A stretch of 64,000 nucleotides of DNA from Octopus vulgaris (Eukaryota): positions 55,552,001 to 55,616,000 of the forward strand of contig OX597821.1 of NCBI GenBank assembly GCA_951406725.2, read 5' to 3'. The notes below the pieces were generated by a model. That model had not been told where the DNA came from. It was given only the letters and a program-made list of their open reading frames with translations, and did not search any database. The position numbers and the translations under genes were made by a program. Positions within the stretch are counted from its first letter, which is position 1. Every line of letters begins with the position of its first letter. This document shows positions 28,798 through 41,005 of the stretch, piece after piece.

Positions 28798-29188
28798 CTC
28801 TATATATAAACATATACGTAAATATATACATATACAAACACACATACATAGGTAGAAATATACTCACAGACATATGCGAATATATCTATACATATATTCC
28901 TCTATATTCTCGCGGCAACAACATTGAAGCATACTTATCATACACATACTCAAGAGCATACACAACCCAGAACATCGATAGATCAAAACAGATAATTGTA
29001 TACACATACACACACTTATTTAAGCACATATACGTCATTATTCATTCTCAAAATTCTTACATACGAACATGTAGGAATCTAAAATGCGTGTGGGTACGCG
29101 TGTGCATATGAATATAAATACGTTACATTTTATAGAACTTTCTATATCCGTTAACATCTCTGTTTTTTATGAGTTTGTTATTTATATC

Positions 29189-29272
29189 CTTCCTGATAAG
29201 ATTAATGCATTGCTGACCATAATTTATCCTGTCGGACATTTTTGAGTGCATCCGTCGAAACATACGTAGAAG
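29189..29272 (+). ncRNA. Hammerhead motif with long stem II (right arm)
   Basis: CTTC-CTGATAA-GAT.ATGCATT..AGTGCAT.GTC-GAAA-CATACG-TA^GAAG; perfect 4-bp stem I; G8A change in the core. Confidence 0.7.
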
Positions 29273-29520
29273 AATTCTAGATATAAATAGCATAACAACA
29301 TCTCGAGAGTCCGTCTCCGTGTCTAATTTTCCTATTTTCTACTAAATACGACTTACTATCCCGGATTTAAATCCTGGTAAACTAATGCAACATTTAGCTA
29401 CCTTGTAATTATTCCCCTGGAAGTTTGGCTGTTTCCTTTAACTTGTTAACTATCTGTCTCTGTCTCTGTCTCTGTCTCTGTCTCTCTCTTTGTCTCTTTC
29501 TCTCTCTGTCTCTCTGTCTT

Positions 29521-29567
<47 letters not shown>

Positions 29568-29609
29568 GGAAAAGGATGCGTTGCATTCATTCATATAATA
29601 ATACAAATA

Positions 29610-29653
<44 letters not shown>

Positions 29654-29691
29654 ATATATGCATATGTATACGTACATAATTACATGTACAC

Positions 29692-29724
<33 letters not shown>

Positions 29725-29728
<4 letters not shown>

Positions 29729-29965
29729 TATGTGGGTACAGGACGTCACAAAACGTAAACAACAAAAAATACGAAGTACGTGGACGTGGCGTGGAATATG
29801 AACTTTTTTGTGAAAAGCGAAAGAAACGAATGGAAAACAAGTCAAACAACACAAGTTTTCGACTGTTTTCCTAATCCGTATTTCTGGCAATTCACGACAA
29901 GATGCGCCTTCGATAAAACAGTTGCTCCCGCAAACCAAATTAAACAAAATTTGGGATTTTTGCGG
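29725..29965 (-). mobile_element. Short repeat abutting (TA)n, probably a Penelope-like 3' module; stub copy at ~50845-50868
   Basis: GGGTACAGGAC end shared with 50852; very weak HHR-like remnant near 29875-29910. Confidence 0.4.
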
Positions 29966-30040
29966 AGGATCAACATTGGTGATAAAAATCATATATACCA
30001 AATAATTCCCACTGAAGACAAAGTATGCTGGAAATTTATG

Positions 30041-30120
30041 TATCACAACGATCGTTTTGGCATGATTCTACAATGGATGTGGGACGATATAATGAATTTC
30101 AGTGCTTCGTCAGGTGACAT
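30041..30120 (-). ncRNA. Hammerhead motif (left arm)
   Basis: TGTCAC-CTGACGA-AGCA..TGCC-AAAA-CGATCG-TT^GTGATA; 6-bp stem I, palindromic CGATCG, G12A change. Confidence 0.65.
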
Positions 30121-30417
30121 AACAGGATTATATATTTGATATATTGCACATAGGCTTAGCTAAATGATGTTGTCAATAATCTCAAATACATTGATGATGA
30201 ATGAAGAATGACTGTGGTAGGGTCTTGGGTTATACAGACAGAAAGTTTGTAACAAAACTGCAATGAAAAGAATAAAGAAGTAAAGGATATATTGGTTTTT
30301 GAATGAAAGCTACCATAAAGCGTGCCGAATTATTTGATGCTTGGTCATGCTTGCTAAGCGTAACGATGTGGTCAAAGATTTGCTGGGGAAGTAGTTCAGC
30401 TCATGAACTACATCCTC

Positions 30418-30504
30418 TGCACTGTGGGGACATTGGAATCCATTATATCATTCCCCACCCGCTAGGGAGCAGCACAGAATTGCGCCGAAATGGTCGTTGT
30501 GATA
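30418..30504 (+). ncRNA. Degenerate hammerhead motif (right arm)
   Basis: CTGTGGG (decayed core)...GCC-GAAA-TGGTCG-TT^GTGATA; homologous to the left arm. Confidence 0.5.
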
Positions 30505-31249
30505 AAGTTTCCAGCATACTCTATCTCCCGTGTCAATTGTTTAGGATCAACTTAACGTGCACGGAGATCACAATATGTATAACTGGATTGACAGTCGGGA
30601 TACATTACATTCTGAAGGCTTATTTCCATTGTTTATGCTTCTCTATTTACGTTCTAAATGTAAACACATAGAGGCTCATACTGCCTCATGTACGTGTGTG
30701 TGTAAGAAAAGGGAGAGAGAGAGATATGCGTGTAGGTGTCTATGTTCATGTTTATTTAAATATACACAAAAATAAAGTTGTAAAAAGTCAGATATATAGA
30801 AAGACGACGGACTAAAAAGTATATGACATTACTAATACAGCCGAACAGGAAGCTTTTTTATTACGTATGTATGTAAGTGTTTACATACTTGTTAATATGC
30901 ATGTGTATTTCTTTGATGTATTTGAGAATATACGTCTTTCTCTTTCTCAAAAATATATAAATATATCTCCGAAGCATATATACATAACGAAAAAACTTAT
31001 ATAATTTTTAACATACTAGACTTCAACGCAGTAATAAATTAAATAAGACATTACTTCGCAATAAGTCATGATTATTTCCCTGCAAGTGTCCTCAAGAGAT
31101 GAAGACTCTAAATTGAATTTCCCTTAGCTGATCTCTGAATGAAATCTTTATTTACAGGTTACATATCGAAACATTTCATATTCTAGTCACTTGCTGTCAA
31201 TGTCTATAACATCTGAGTTTCAGCTTCCTACAATATTTAGGATGTCATA

Positions 31250-31620
31250 AAGTAATTCAGCACGTTTGGAGTCCGAAAATCCGCTGCACTCAATTAAGTA
31301 TTTCTTGGTAAGCAAAAACATGTTGATGTCGATGGAATCCAACCAAGCCCAACAAAAGTTAACTGTAGCGGTCCACACAGATGTGTGCTGAGTCCAATAC
31401 CTATATATAAATGACATCGCAATTAGAATAGAGATTTTCACAGAATAGATATTTTCGAAAGTTTATCAACAAAGACGGTCATATAAGACACTTCAGTTTC
31501 ACATAATGTAATGGAGAAGAACAAAAACTAATAAAGAAGGGAAAATTGGCACTCATGCATCTTGGAGAAGATGGGCTTCACAACCTTATTCCTCCAACAA
31601 TATGAGACCTAGGTGTAATT
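31250..31620 (+). mobile_element. Possible Ty3/gypsy pol remnant
   Basis: HVDVDGIQPSPTKV resembles the RT segment GH.VS.DGI.PDP.KV; LGRWA near 31560; heavily decayed. Confidence 0.3.
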
Positions 31621-32498
31621 GCTGATAAGAACAGTTGGAACGGCCTCATCAACAACGAAGTTTATATAGCTCCCTGGTCGAGCAACTTCCAGCATGAAAG
31701 CCACATATTATCGCTTTCTCCTTCCCTTCCTGTATACGTATGTAATGCTCTTTATCCATCTGGTTTTTTCATACTAAGCCAAATATTTTGCGATTTGAAG
31801 CACACCAAAGAGCAATGAATAGAATTAAACGACATTGATGGCCAATTTGTATTGGGACCGCCTCAAAATGCCCAGACTGTATTTTGGACAACGCTAGCGT
31901 TAACATACATCTACACAACGTCAATATATCACCACCACTGAACAAACCTAAAAACAAGTATAAAAAATCGACGAAAGTAGGGAAATAACCCCATCAGTTC
32001 AACTCTAAGTTGAGGTGTAGTTATATATAATAACTTTTGAATAACGAAAATAGCACTGCATAATACTGAACATACATATTAGTGCAAACAAGTCCGTATA
32101 ATTTCTTGCATACTAAAACTATCACTACATAAAAAGATTGTGAAACTGCTGTAATCATAAGGAAGTCACATGGTTAAATATATATCGCCCTCAGGCATCC
32201 TGACTTTATGACTTTATACTCACAGAATTTTCGCTCGGGTTTTCTGAGTTTTCTGTTACATGGATATTTTACATTACACTACTTTGTAATTAATTAGCAT
32301 GTCAACTGATAACCTAGTCCGTAATAGAAGCAACGTTCTCTAAAATCATATTGTATATTGCATATAATCATGATATGCATAACTGGATTAATAGTCGGGA
32401 CACGTTACTTACTGAAGTCTTATTTGCCTTTTTTATGCTTCTCTGTTTACGGCCTAAATGTAAACACATAGACATTCATACTGCCTCATGTATGTGTG

Positions 32499-32564
<66 letters not shown>

Positions 32565-32630
32565 TATAAATGCAAATAAGACTTCAGTAAGTAACGAGTC
32601 CCGAAAATTAATCCAGTTATACATATAACT

Positions 32631-33731
32631 ACTGGCCACTTCATTACTTGGGTATTTTGTTCACTAAAGAATCCAGTGACACGCTTTGCAGTATGACAAG
32701 GGGCGTTATCTTGCATGAAAATGCACGGTTGATTCGGAAATGCTCGTAATGATGGGATCACATGTTGTTTAACCAAAATCAAATAGTTATTAGCATTAAT
32801 AGTCCCTCTAATCTGCACTAGAGGTCCAACTCATTCAGAAGAAATCATTCCTCACACGGCGACTCTTCCTCCTCCAAGCTTGGCAAATTTCTTCAGGCAC
32901 TTGGATTTTAGACGATCTCCTGTGAAGCGCCTGTCTACCATCTCAACCTACCAAATTGAATTTGCTTTCATCGCTAAAATGAACTGTTGACCAGTTTTCA
33001 TCACTGCAGTTCACATGAGCCTCTGCAAATGAAAATCTTTACAATTCGTTCCTCTTGTTGATGGTAGAATTTGTTGCCAGGGAGCAAGGCTTTAATCCAA
33101 ATTCCCTTAGACGACGAGACATTGTAAAGCGGCTCACTTCCGTACCATTATTTACTTTTATTCTCTAAGAAATTCCAGTCGCAGTCTCAAAAGGATCCTT
33201 TAATACGTACCGTTTCATGGCTCGATCATCTCGCATGGTGTTTTTGCGTGGTCTGCCAGTTACCTTTTTCGGTTTAAAACCGTTAGTTTCGTTTATAGAG
33301 CTTAAGAACACGTGAAAGTACTCTTAGATCTTACGTCTCGTGAAATAGCCGAGATAGTCGGTAGTGAAACTTTCATTCTGACAATTTCTTTTCGGAGGTC
33401 GGGAATGACTTTAGCGTGGTGTGCCATGTTCGGAAGCTAGAACAATACCAAGACGGTAGTAACGTTCAGCCTGCAAATGTAAACAGTGTTTGAAATTTTC
33501 AGAAACTTCTGAAGGAATCTAACCGTTCTCTAATTTTGCAAATGCGACATTTGGACGAAACTAGTGTTAGTGTTGTTAACTTTTATTAGGACCATTACAG
33601 AAACTTAGACTTTTCAGAGAATTTAGCTAATAGTTAACCGTAAGTACAAAACCAATTACGCATTTGTACATTCACTAGTTTTTCCGACGTTAAAAAAATA
33701 TTAATCGTTCAGTGTTTTGCTTGCTACTGTT

Positions 33732-33732
<1 letters not shown>
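32631..33732 (-). mobile_element. Tc1 element: left TIR and 5' part of the transposase
   Basis: FSDESKFN at ~32955-32980 and FMQDNAPCHTAK...MKWP ending at ~32633; ~200-bp TIR at 33530-33732 ending CTGT. Confidence 0.9.
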
Positions 33733-33784
<52 letters not shown>

Positions 33785-33785
<1 letters not shown>

Positions 33786-35503
33786 TTACGGCAAAACGAT
33801 CAGCCACCTTTTACGGCAAAACGGCAAAACGATCAGCCACCTTTTATATATGGATGACCTAAAACTATACGCTGCAAATGACAAACAGCTGGAAACACTA
33901 TTAAAGACAGTTCATGGATTTACCAAAGAGATAGATATGAAATTTGGATTAGAAAAATGCGCCAAAGTAACCCTGAAAAGAGGAAACTAGTTAAGAGTAA
34001 CAACATCACACTAGATAAAACCAATGAAATAAAAGAATTAGACCAAAGCCAAACTTACAAATACTTAGGAATCCATGAACTAGATAAGACACAACACACA
34101 CAAATGAAAGAGAAAATAAAAAAAGAATATTATAGACGAGTTAGATCAATACTAAACACAGAGCTCAATGCTAAAAACAAGATAATAGGTATCAACACTT
34201 TAGCTGTCCCAGTTATAAGTTACAGCTACAATATCCTTAACTGGACACGAAATGAACTGACCAAAATAGATAGGAAAACAAGAAAAATAATGACAGGATC
34301 TAGGATGCATCACCCAAAATCTGACATAGAAAGACTATATATACAACGTATAGAAGGTGGTAGAGGCCTTATACAGCTGGAAAACTACTATAAAATAACC
34401 ACCATAGGACTGCAAAAATATCTACTTCAGAAGGAAGGAAAACTGATCCAGATAGCGGCAAAACACGAGCAAAACAAAACACTGTTCTCAGTATTTAAGG
34501 AAGCTGACAAATACAAACAAGAAATCATACCACCTAATAAACATGAAGAAGAAGAAGAAGATGAGGAAACAACAAAAGCTATAAAACAAATGAAATCCAA
34601 ACTAAAAATAGAACAGCAACGAACCATGATAAAACGATGGCAAGAAGAGCCCCTTCATGGTAAATACTGCACTAAACTAAACGCAAAAGAAATAGACAAA
34701 GAAAAATCCCAGCAATGGTTGAGAAGCTCAGGACTCAAACCAGAAACAGAGGGATTTTTAATTGCAGCACAAGACCAAAGACTCCCCACCAGAAATTACC
34801 AAAAACATGTAATGAAAAGAAATATTACAAGTAACTGCAGAATATGTGGAGATGGACAAGAAACAATAAATCATATTATCTCTAGCTGCCCAGTCCTGGC
34901 TAAGAAGGAATATCTTCACAGACATGACAGAGTTGGAACCTACATACATTGGAAGCTATGCCAACATTATGGAATAACAACAGAAAAAAGATGGTATAGG
35001 CACACACCAGAAAAGGTCACAGAAAACGAGAAAGCAACCATACTCTGGGATATGCCGATACACACAGATAGAGAAATTAAGGCCAACAGACCAGATATAG
35101 TTGTCAGAGATCATGAAGAAAAAAATGCTTTCTAATTGATGTATCAATACCGGCTGATGACAACGTGTCTCTAAAAGAAATGGAGAAACTCTCAAAATAC
35201 AAAGACCTGGAAATAGAGGTAACTAGAATGTGGAATCTGAAAACAGAAACAATTCCTATCATAGTAGGTGCATTAGGCATGATAAAAAAATATTCAGACA
35301 AATACATAACAAAAACACCAGGACTTACAAACACATATAACATACAGAAAATTGCACTACTAGGCACTGCACACATCCTACGCAGAACTCTTTCCATACA
35401 ATAACCATCAGAGCATCACAACAAATCACAGCACATACCCAAGGCACACAGAGCTGCGCTCGGTAGTGAAGTGAAAGCACGCTATAAAAATAAAACTACT
35501 GAA
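33785..35503 (+). mobile_element. R4/Dong-like non-LTR retrotransposon, 5'-truncated (RT C-terminus, CCHC, RLE endonuclease, 3' UTR), inserted in (TAA)n
   Basis: HLLYMDDLKLY, CRICGDGQETINHIISSC, RHD, RPDIVV..IDVSIP..K..KY; (TAA)n on both sides; only two 1-bp A-run frameshifts. Confidence 0.92.
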
Positions 35504-35526
35504 TGATAATAATAATAATAATAATA

Positions 35527-35578
<52 letters not shown>

Positions 35579-35590
35579 TGAGGGAATATT

Positions 35591-36062
35591 AGTCCAAACT
35601 TAAATCCGATTGAAAACCTATGGAATATACTTCGAGACAAAGTAACAAAAAGGGCAACAACTACTACGACGAATTTATGTGAGAATAGAAAAGGATGGAA
35701 GAAAGTAACACCTGACTTCGACAGGGAACTGTTATGTCCTGAGGTAATCTCCAACAAAAGTCTAATCATACTAACTTAAGCGCATATTCACATTTGTTTC
35801 AATCATTATTATGGTCTTGAGTTAATTGAAACATTTTTTGGGTTTGATCTTCACTAATTTTGCACATGAGGCATTTGGACGAAACTAGTATTGGTGTCAT
35901 TAGATTTTCTTAAGTCTATTGTACAAACTTAAATTTTTCACAGAACTTAGCTAATGGTTAACCGTATTTATGAAACCAATTGCGAATTTGTACATTTACT
36001 AGCTTTTCCAAAATTAAAACAAAAAGTATTAATCGTTCTCTTCTTTTGCTCGCTGCTGTATA
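35591..36062 (+). mobile_element. Tc1 element: transposase C-terminus and right TIR
   Basis: Begins SPNLNPIENLWNILRDKV; 35855-36062 is a same-orientation copy of TIR 33530-33732, ending CTG-TA. Confidence 0.88.
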
Positions 36063-36064
36063 TA

Positions 36065-36111
<47 letters not shown>

Positions 36112-36137
36112 TCGACACAGGCAGGCAGATTAGCTGT

Positions 36138-36243
<106 letters not shown>

Positions 36244-37026
36244 TGTATTTGTGTACGAGAAAGCATGTTATAGGTGACTCTGGGTGAATAGTGCTCAATT
36301 TCAAAAGATATACAGCTTTGGTACTATGGTATCTCATGGCAGCTCATTTATATTAGTTTTCAGATATTCAAAAGAAAATTGATATTTGCCAAATTTATTT
36401 GTTATTTAGGAGATTTAGTTGTTGTTGAATGTATATTCTTGATTTCTTGTTTTGCTGAGATTCTACATAGCGGCAAGGCATTCGTTAATTTATTAATAAT
36501 GATCGCTATGTATTCGTGATATATTCTGCCATATATATATATGGATGTTGTTACAAGAGCACATGTGCGTTTGTGTGTAAGTATGTCTATGAGTGTGTGT
36601 ATGTGTATGTTAGTATGTGTGTGTGTGTATTTCTGGTTTCTCTTAGTAAGTTTAACTGAAGTTCAGACATATAGCAGCTGCCTTTCTGACTTTCATTTAT
36701 AGAAAAGCCACTCAACGATAATTAGGTTTACACATCAAGAAAGTAATATTTCAAGGGAGATAAATATCCCCTCACAACTCGAAGCGAGATAGGAAACTTG
36801 AATTTGAAATAAGGAATACGAAGAAGACGGCGCCTAGAGTTCACATAGATTATTTGTTTTCAACATTTACGAAGTTCTTGCAATTTCTAATTCGTGTTTA
36901 AGAAATATTCAGTATGATTTAACCCGAAACTTATTATTTAAATAGAGAGACATATCATTAAAATTAAAGATCAAGTTAATTTACATATGGAGGGAATTAT
37001 GGATTGTTTGATACGTTTCTCTTCTA

Positions 37027-37099
37027 GGCGCAGGTGTGGCTTGTGGTAAGAAGTTTGCTTTCCAACATAGTTCCAAATTCAGTCCTACTGCGTGGCAAC
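37027..37099 (+). mobile_element. SINE family A head fragment
   Basis: GGCGCAGGTGTGGCTTGTGGTAAGAAG...TTCAGTCCTACTGCGTGGCA. Confidence 0.75.
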
Positions 37100-38698
37100 A
37101 TGAAAAAGTAGAGAAACTTCTCATCAGAGACGAAGGAATGTGGTGTAGCCTAGAATGTGGTACAAGCTACTCCAACCTGAAAAGCGGACCAGATAAATTT
37201 TTCAAGCATCTACTAACGATGTTCCTACACGCTATGAGTTACGGAGCACCATAAACCTTTCACATACCTTGTTACGCTACCCCGACCCACCCGGTTTGCG
37301 AGGCTAATATTTCCAGCAACTATTGGCTGTCTTACTTTCTCTCGTAAGTATTGCAACCGCCCATTGAGATGCCCCCAGATTTGTGTTTCAGCACTGAAGA
37401 ACTCCTCGATAAAGTCAATGAATATAACCATTCAAACGACCTCACGGTTTGTGTAGTAGGTAGCATGGACACGATATCAGACTATCAATTTATTGATATA
37501 GATTTTGCTGCGGAGAAATGCTTGTAGATATACTCTGGGAGCGAAGTAGATTTCGCAAAGTAAACATGGGGGAAATATATCTCCTCCTAGGACTAACCTA
37601 TGACTGCAATTACCGGACAACCATGACTAAAATAGGTTTTTGCCCCACCAGCTTCGATTGGGAAAGAGCACCCACCATCACATCACCAGGAAAGAAGAGA
37701 GCCACAGGTCGCTGGAGTTGCTAGACTATACACCACGAGGATCCAAAGAACAGCAATCAGGTGACATATATACTTGCACGTGCAAATATAATTGCAGATT
37801 TTTATTGCATAAGTAATTAAAACCTGCTTCAATCTTTTTTCTTTATCCTCTTGTATGTATTTATCCCAGGGTTTTAATGAATTTCCGAAAATATCCATGG
37901 GCATTAGTTGTCCTTTCTTTCAGAAACTAAAATGAATACCTCTTTTCAATATTTCTCTTAATCATATACTAATAATTCTTTATACTTAGTCATATTTATT
38001 CCTTTCTTTTATCTTTTTTCATCTTCTTTTTTTTCTTCTATAATCTGTCTTTGCTTTCTAATCTCCTCAAGATATTTTCCCCTACTACCTACTTCACTGT
38101 TGCTTTTTCTTACTCAATCTTGCACAAACTCCATGCACGTAAAAGGATGTATACTCCTTTACACACGCGCGAATATATGTTTGTGTGCGTGTGTGTATGT
38201 TATGTATATATGTATATGATATATATATATATATAAAGAGAGAGAGAGAAGGCGAGAGAGAGATAGATAGATAGATATAGACATATATATATACAATATT
38301 TATATATTTATTTGTCCCCATCGCCAGTAATACGACCATCGATCCCCCTCTTATATCCTTCTGTAGTCCTCGCTTCACCACTTCCCGCCTTCATCTCTGT
38401 CATACACCGCCTTCCTTTTTCCTCTGTAATCTCAATCATCATTGATACAAGCACTTCAACGTTGAAGTGGAATTCTGTTTTTATCACTCTTTATCTGTAC
38501 CTAATTGACTATAAAACAGACATTAAGTAATTCATGTCTTTTCATTTGATTAAACATTTATCTTCGGATTTTCGTTCTTTGCACAACTACTCTTGCTGTT
38601 AGTGATTTGCTTTCTTTCTCTATATTCATTCTCTTTCAGTTTCGCCACACATTTCTCTGTTTTCCCCCCTTTTCCCTCCCCCTCTCTCTTTCTCTCTC

Positions 38699-38760
<62 letters not shown>

Positions 38761-38984
38761 AACATGCAAGTAAATATGCATACACATATACATATCTATC
38801 TACTTTTATACATATACATACGTGTATGTATTTCCACGTCATTAGACTATAATTCAATTCAACAATTATCTAACGATTCATCATTCTGAATTTCATCTAA
38901 TTTTGTTTCACTTAAAAATATTTTTAGTTAAAAATAACTGGGGAAATGTGTATGATACTTGTAGTATACGTATTAGCATATACG

Positions 38985-39039
<55 letters not shown>

Positions 39040-39198
39040 TGTCTATGTATATATAAATATATTTATTCGGAAATAAAAATCCTGTCGTATTTTTGATATT
39101 ATCACTTAGAGGATGCTTTTTCAATATTTGTGTTAAATTAAGCATTAACCTTTTACATTCTAATGTCTTCCCTTCTTCCTTTGTCGATTACTTTAAAC

Positions 39199-40245
39199 TA
39201 TAGGGGTTAATTTCGTATTGATTTTACCCTTTTAGAATGAGATTAGAGCAGTCCCGTATCAAGCACTACAAGCGGTATGAATTCAAAAAGAGCTTGATAG
39301 ATAAAGAAAGAATGATTCGTTCTGTCTATGGAAATGAAGCTTTAACTTACCGCACAAGCCAACAATGTTGTTTTTCGTGGTTTCCCTCAGGACTTTTTCT
39401 CTCGTTGAATATTTTGGACTTAGACGACAAAATTCTGTCAATACTGAGCTTTTGAAAATTGTAACCGAGAAAACTTAAAATCAAACAACACGATAATAGG
39501 GAAAGCAGTTGAATTCAGTTAGGGCTTCGTTTATGAAACAACTTCATGAAATAGGAACACTGTCTAAACTTGGTCAGTAGACCACACATCGCCTGACTTG
39601 TTTTTCATCTTAATCAAATTGTTTTCTTCTGTCTTTCATTGACGTAGGTTCGTTACTAAACTTTATCTTCGTGGAATTATCACGTGATGAAAAATGAGTT
39701 TTCTATAATCATATCCAATTCTACAACGTACTAATCCCATAAAAAGAGGAGAGTCGATCCTGAAACCAAGGACTACACATGGATAATGTTATTCTCTGTT
39801 TGGTGATACATGAAGGTTGATGTCCATCATGAAATGGTAAAACAAAGTGAAATAGTCAAATGCGGAGAAGGATTATCAAATAGAAGCATTGCACAAAAAT
39901 TTGCAGAAGAAACACCGATCACTGGTCAGTCGTAAAAAAGTTTTGTTCTTATACAATAATGCAAGACTGCATACTACTCAAGTCACTCAAGAAAATACTA
40001 TTAGACTACTATATGAAAGTTTTGCTTCATCTTTCTTACGTCTGGTGCCTCACTCCATCTAACTATCAGTTTTTCAGATTCTTGTACCATTATTTTAAAG
40101 GATAACAGTTTATTTGTAGTAAAGTGATTATAAATGATACTGAGATTTTCTTTGCTTCGAAACCTCAAGAATTTTATGCCCTAGGTATCAACAATTTCCC
40201 AGATAAATGAGATTATATTATCAATATTGAGGGAAATATCATACT
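39199..40245 (+). mobile_element. Decayed mariner (DD34D) element
   Basis: YEFKK..IRSVYGNEAL N-terminal HTH, IIT-DEK-VFY, YNNARLHT, PSNYQFFRFL motifs with stops and frameshifts. Confidence 0.8.
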
Positions 40246-40713
40246 TGGATCTGGACCCTTTGAACGGCAGATCTAGAAATTAATTTGTTGTAAGTAAACA
40301 CTTTAAAACTTCGAACACTGGTAGAATGTGTCATATAAAACATCTTTTACTTTTGTTGTTGAGAAAAGTTTGTATTTTCTTCGTGTTAAAATTGTCGTAT
40401 TTCAGTATTTTCAACCAATCAATGACGTGTATTCAGCTGAATAAAATTATCGCTGTTGTTTGTCAACAAACTTCCGGCGGTGTGTATTTCGTTTGTTACT
40501 ATCATTCATGACATATTTCATCTCAGTTACGTTTATAGGAATAAACGAGTGTATCTGAAGCATATTTACTTCATGTCACCACCATAATCGTTCGTGCATT
40601 CCTACTTCTTTTAGTTTTTTTTCCTACTATTTTTCCTACTATTTTCAGCTACTATTTTCGGAAAGACTTTTTTTTGCCTCTCCCTCCAATTTCTTCATTT
40701 TTTCACTTTTACC

Positions 40714-41005
40714 GTAACTCTAACCCTAAAATCCCAACCCTAACCCTAAACTTAAATCCCAACCCTAGCCCTAAAACTCCAATCTTAACCCTAAAACCCC
40801 AACCCTAACCCTAAAACCCCAACCCTAACTCTAAAACCCTAACCCTAACCCTAAAAACTTAACCCTAACTCTAACTCTAAAACCCTAACACTGACTCTAA
40901 AACCATAATCCTAACCCTAAATCCAAAACCCTAATCCTAACCCTAAAATCCTAACCCTAAAGCTAACTCTAAAATCCTAACCCTAACCCAAAACCCTAAC
41001 CCTAA
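40714..41005. repeat. Degenerate interstitial telomere-like (CCCTAA)n array
   Basis: Repeated TAACCC/CCCTAAAA units with variants. Confidence 0.9.

Larger units (their letters stand above)
26733..29335. mobile_element. Inverted-repeat element with HHR-bearing arms (~220 bp) and an internal direct duplication
   Basis: 26733-26789 plus 27325-27490 is the reverse complement of 29114-29335; internal 27890-28245 ~ 28803-29085. Confidence 0.8.
30022..30520. mobile_element. Inverted-repeat element with HHR-bearing arms (~100 bp)
   Basis: 30022-30120 is a diverged reverse complement of 30418-30520. Confidence 0.75.

Noticed and set aside
24987-28873. Many long ORFs rich in YI/HT/CV repeats (also near 3.5, 20, 50-51, 56 and 60 kb)
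   Set aside because: They are translations of stop-free microsatellites, not genes.
40714-41005. CRISPR-like array or true chromosome end
   Set aside because: No unique spacers, and the array is degenerate and internal.
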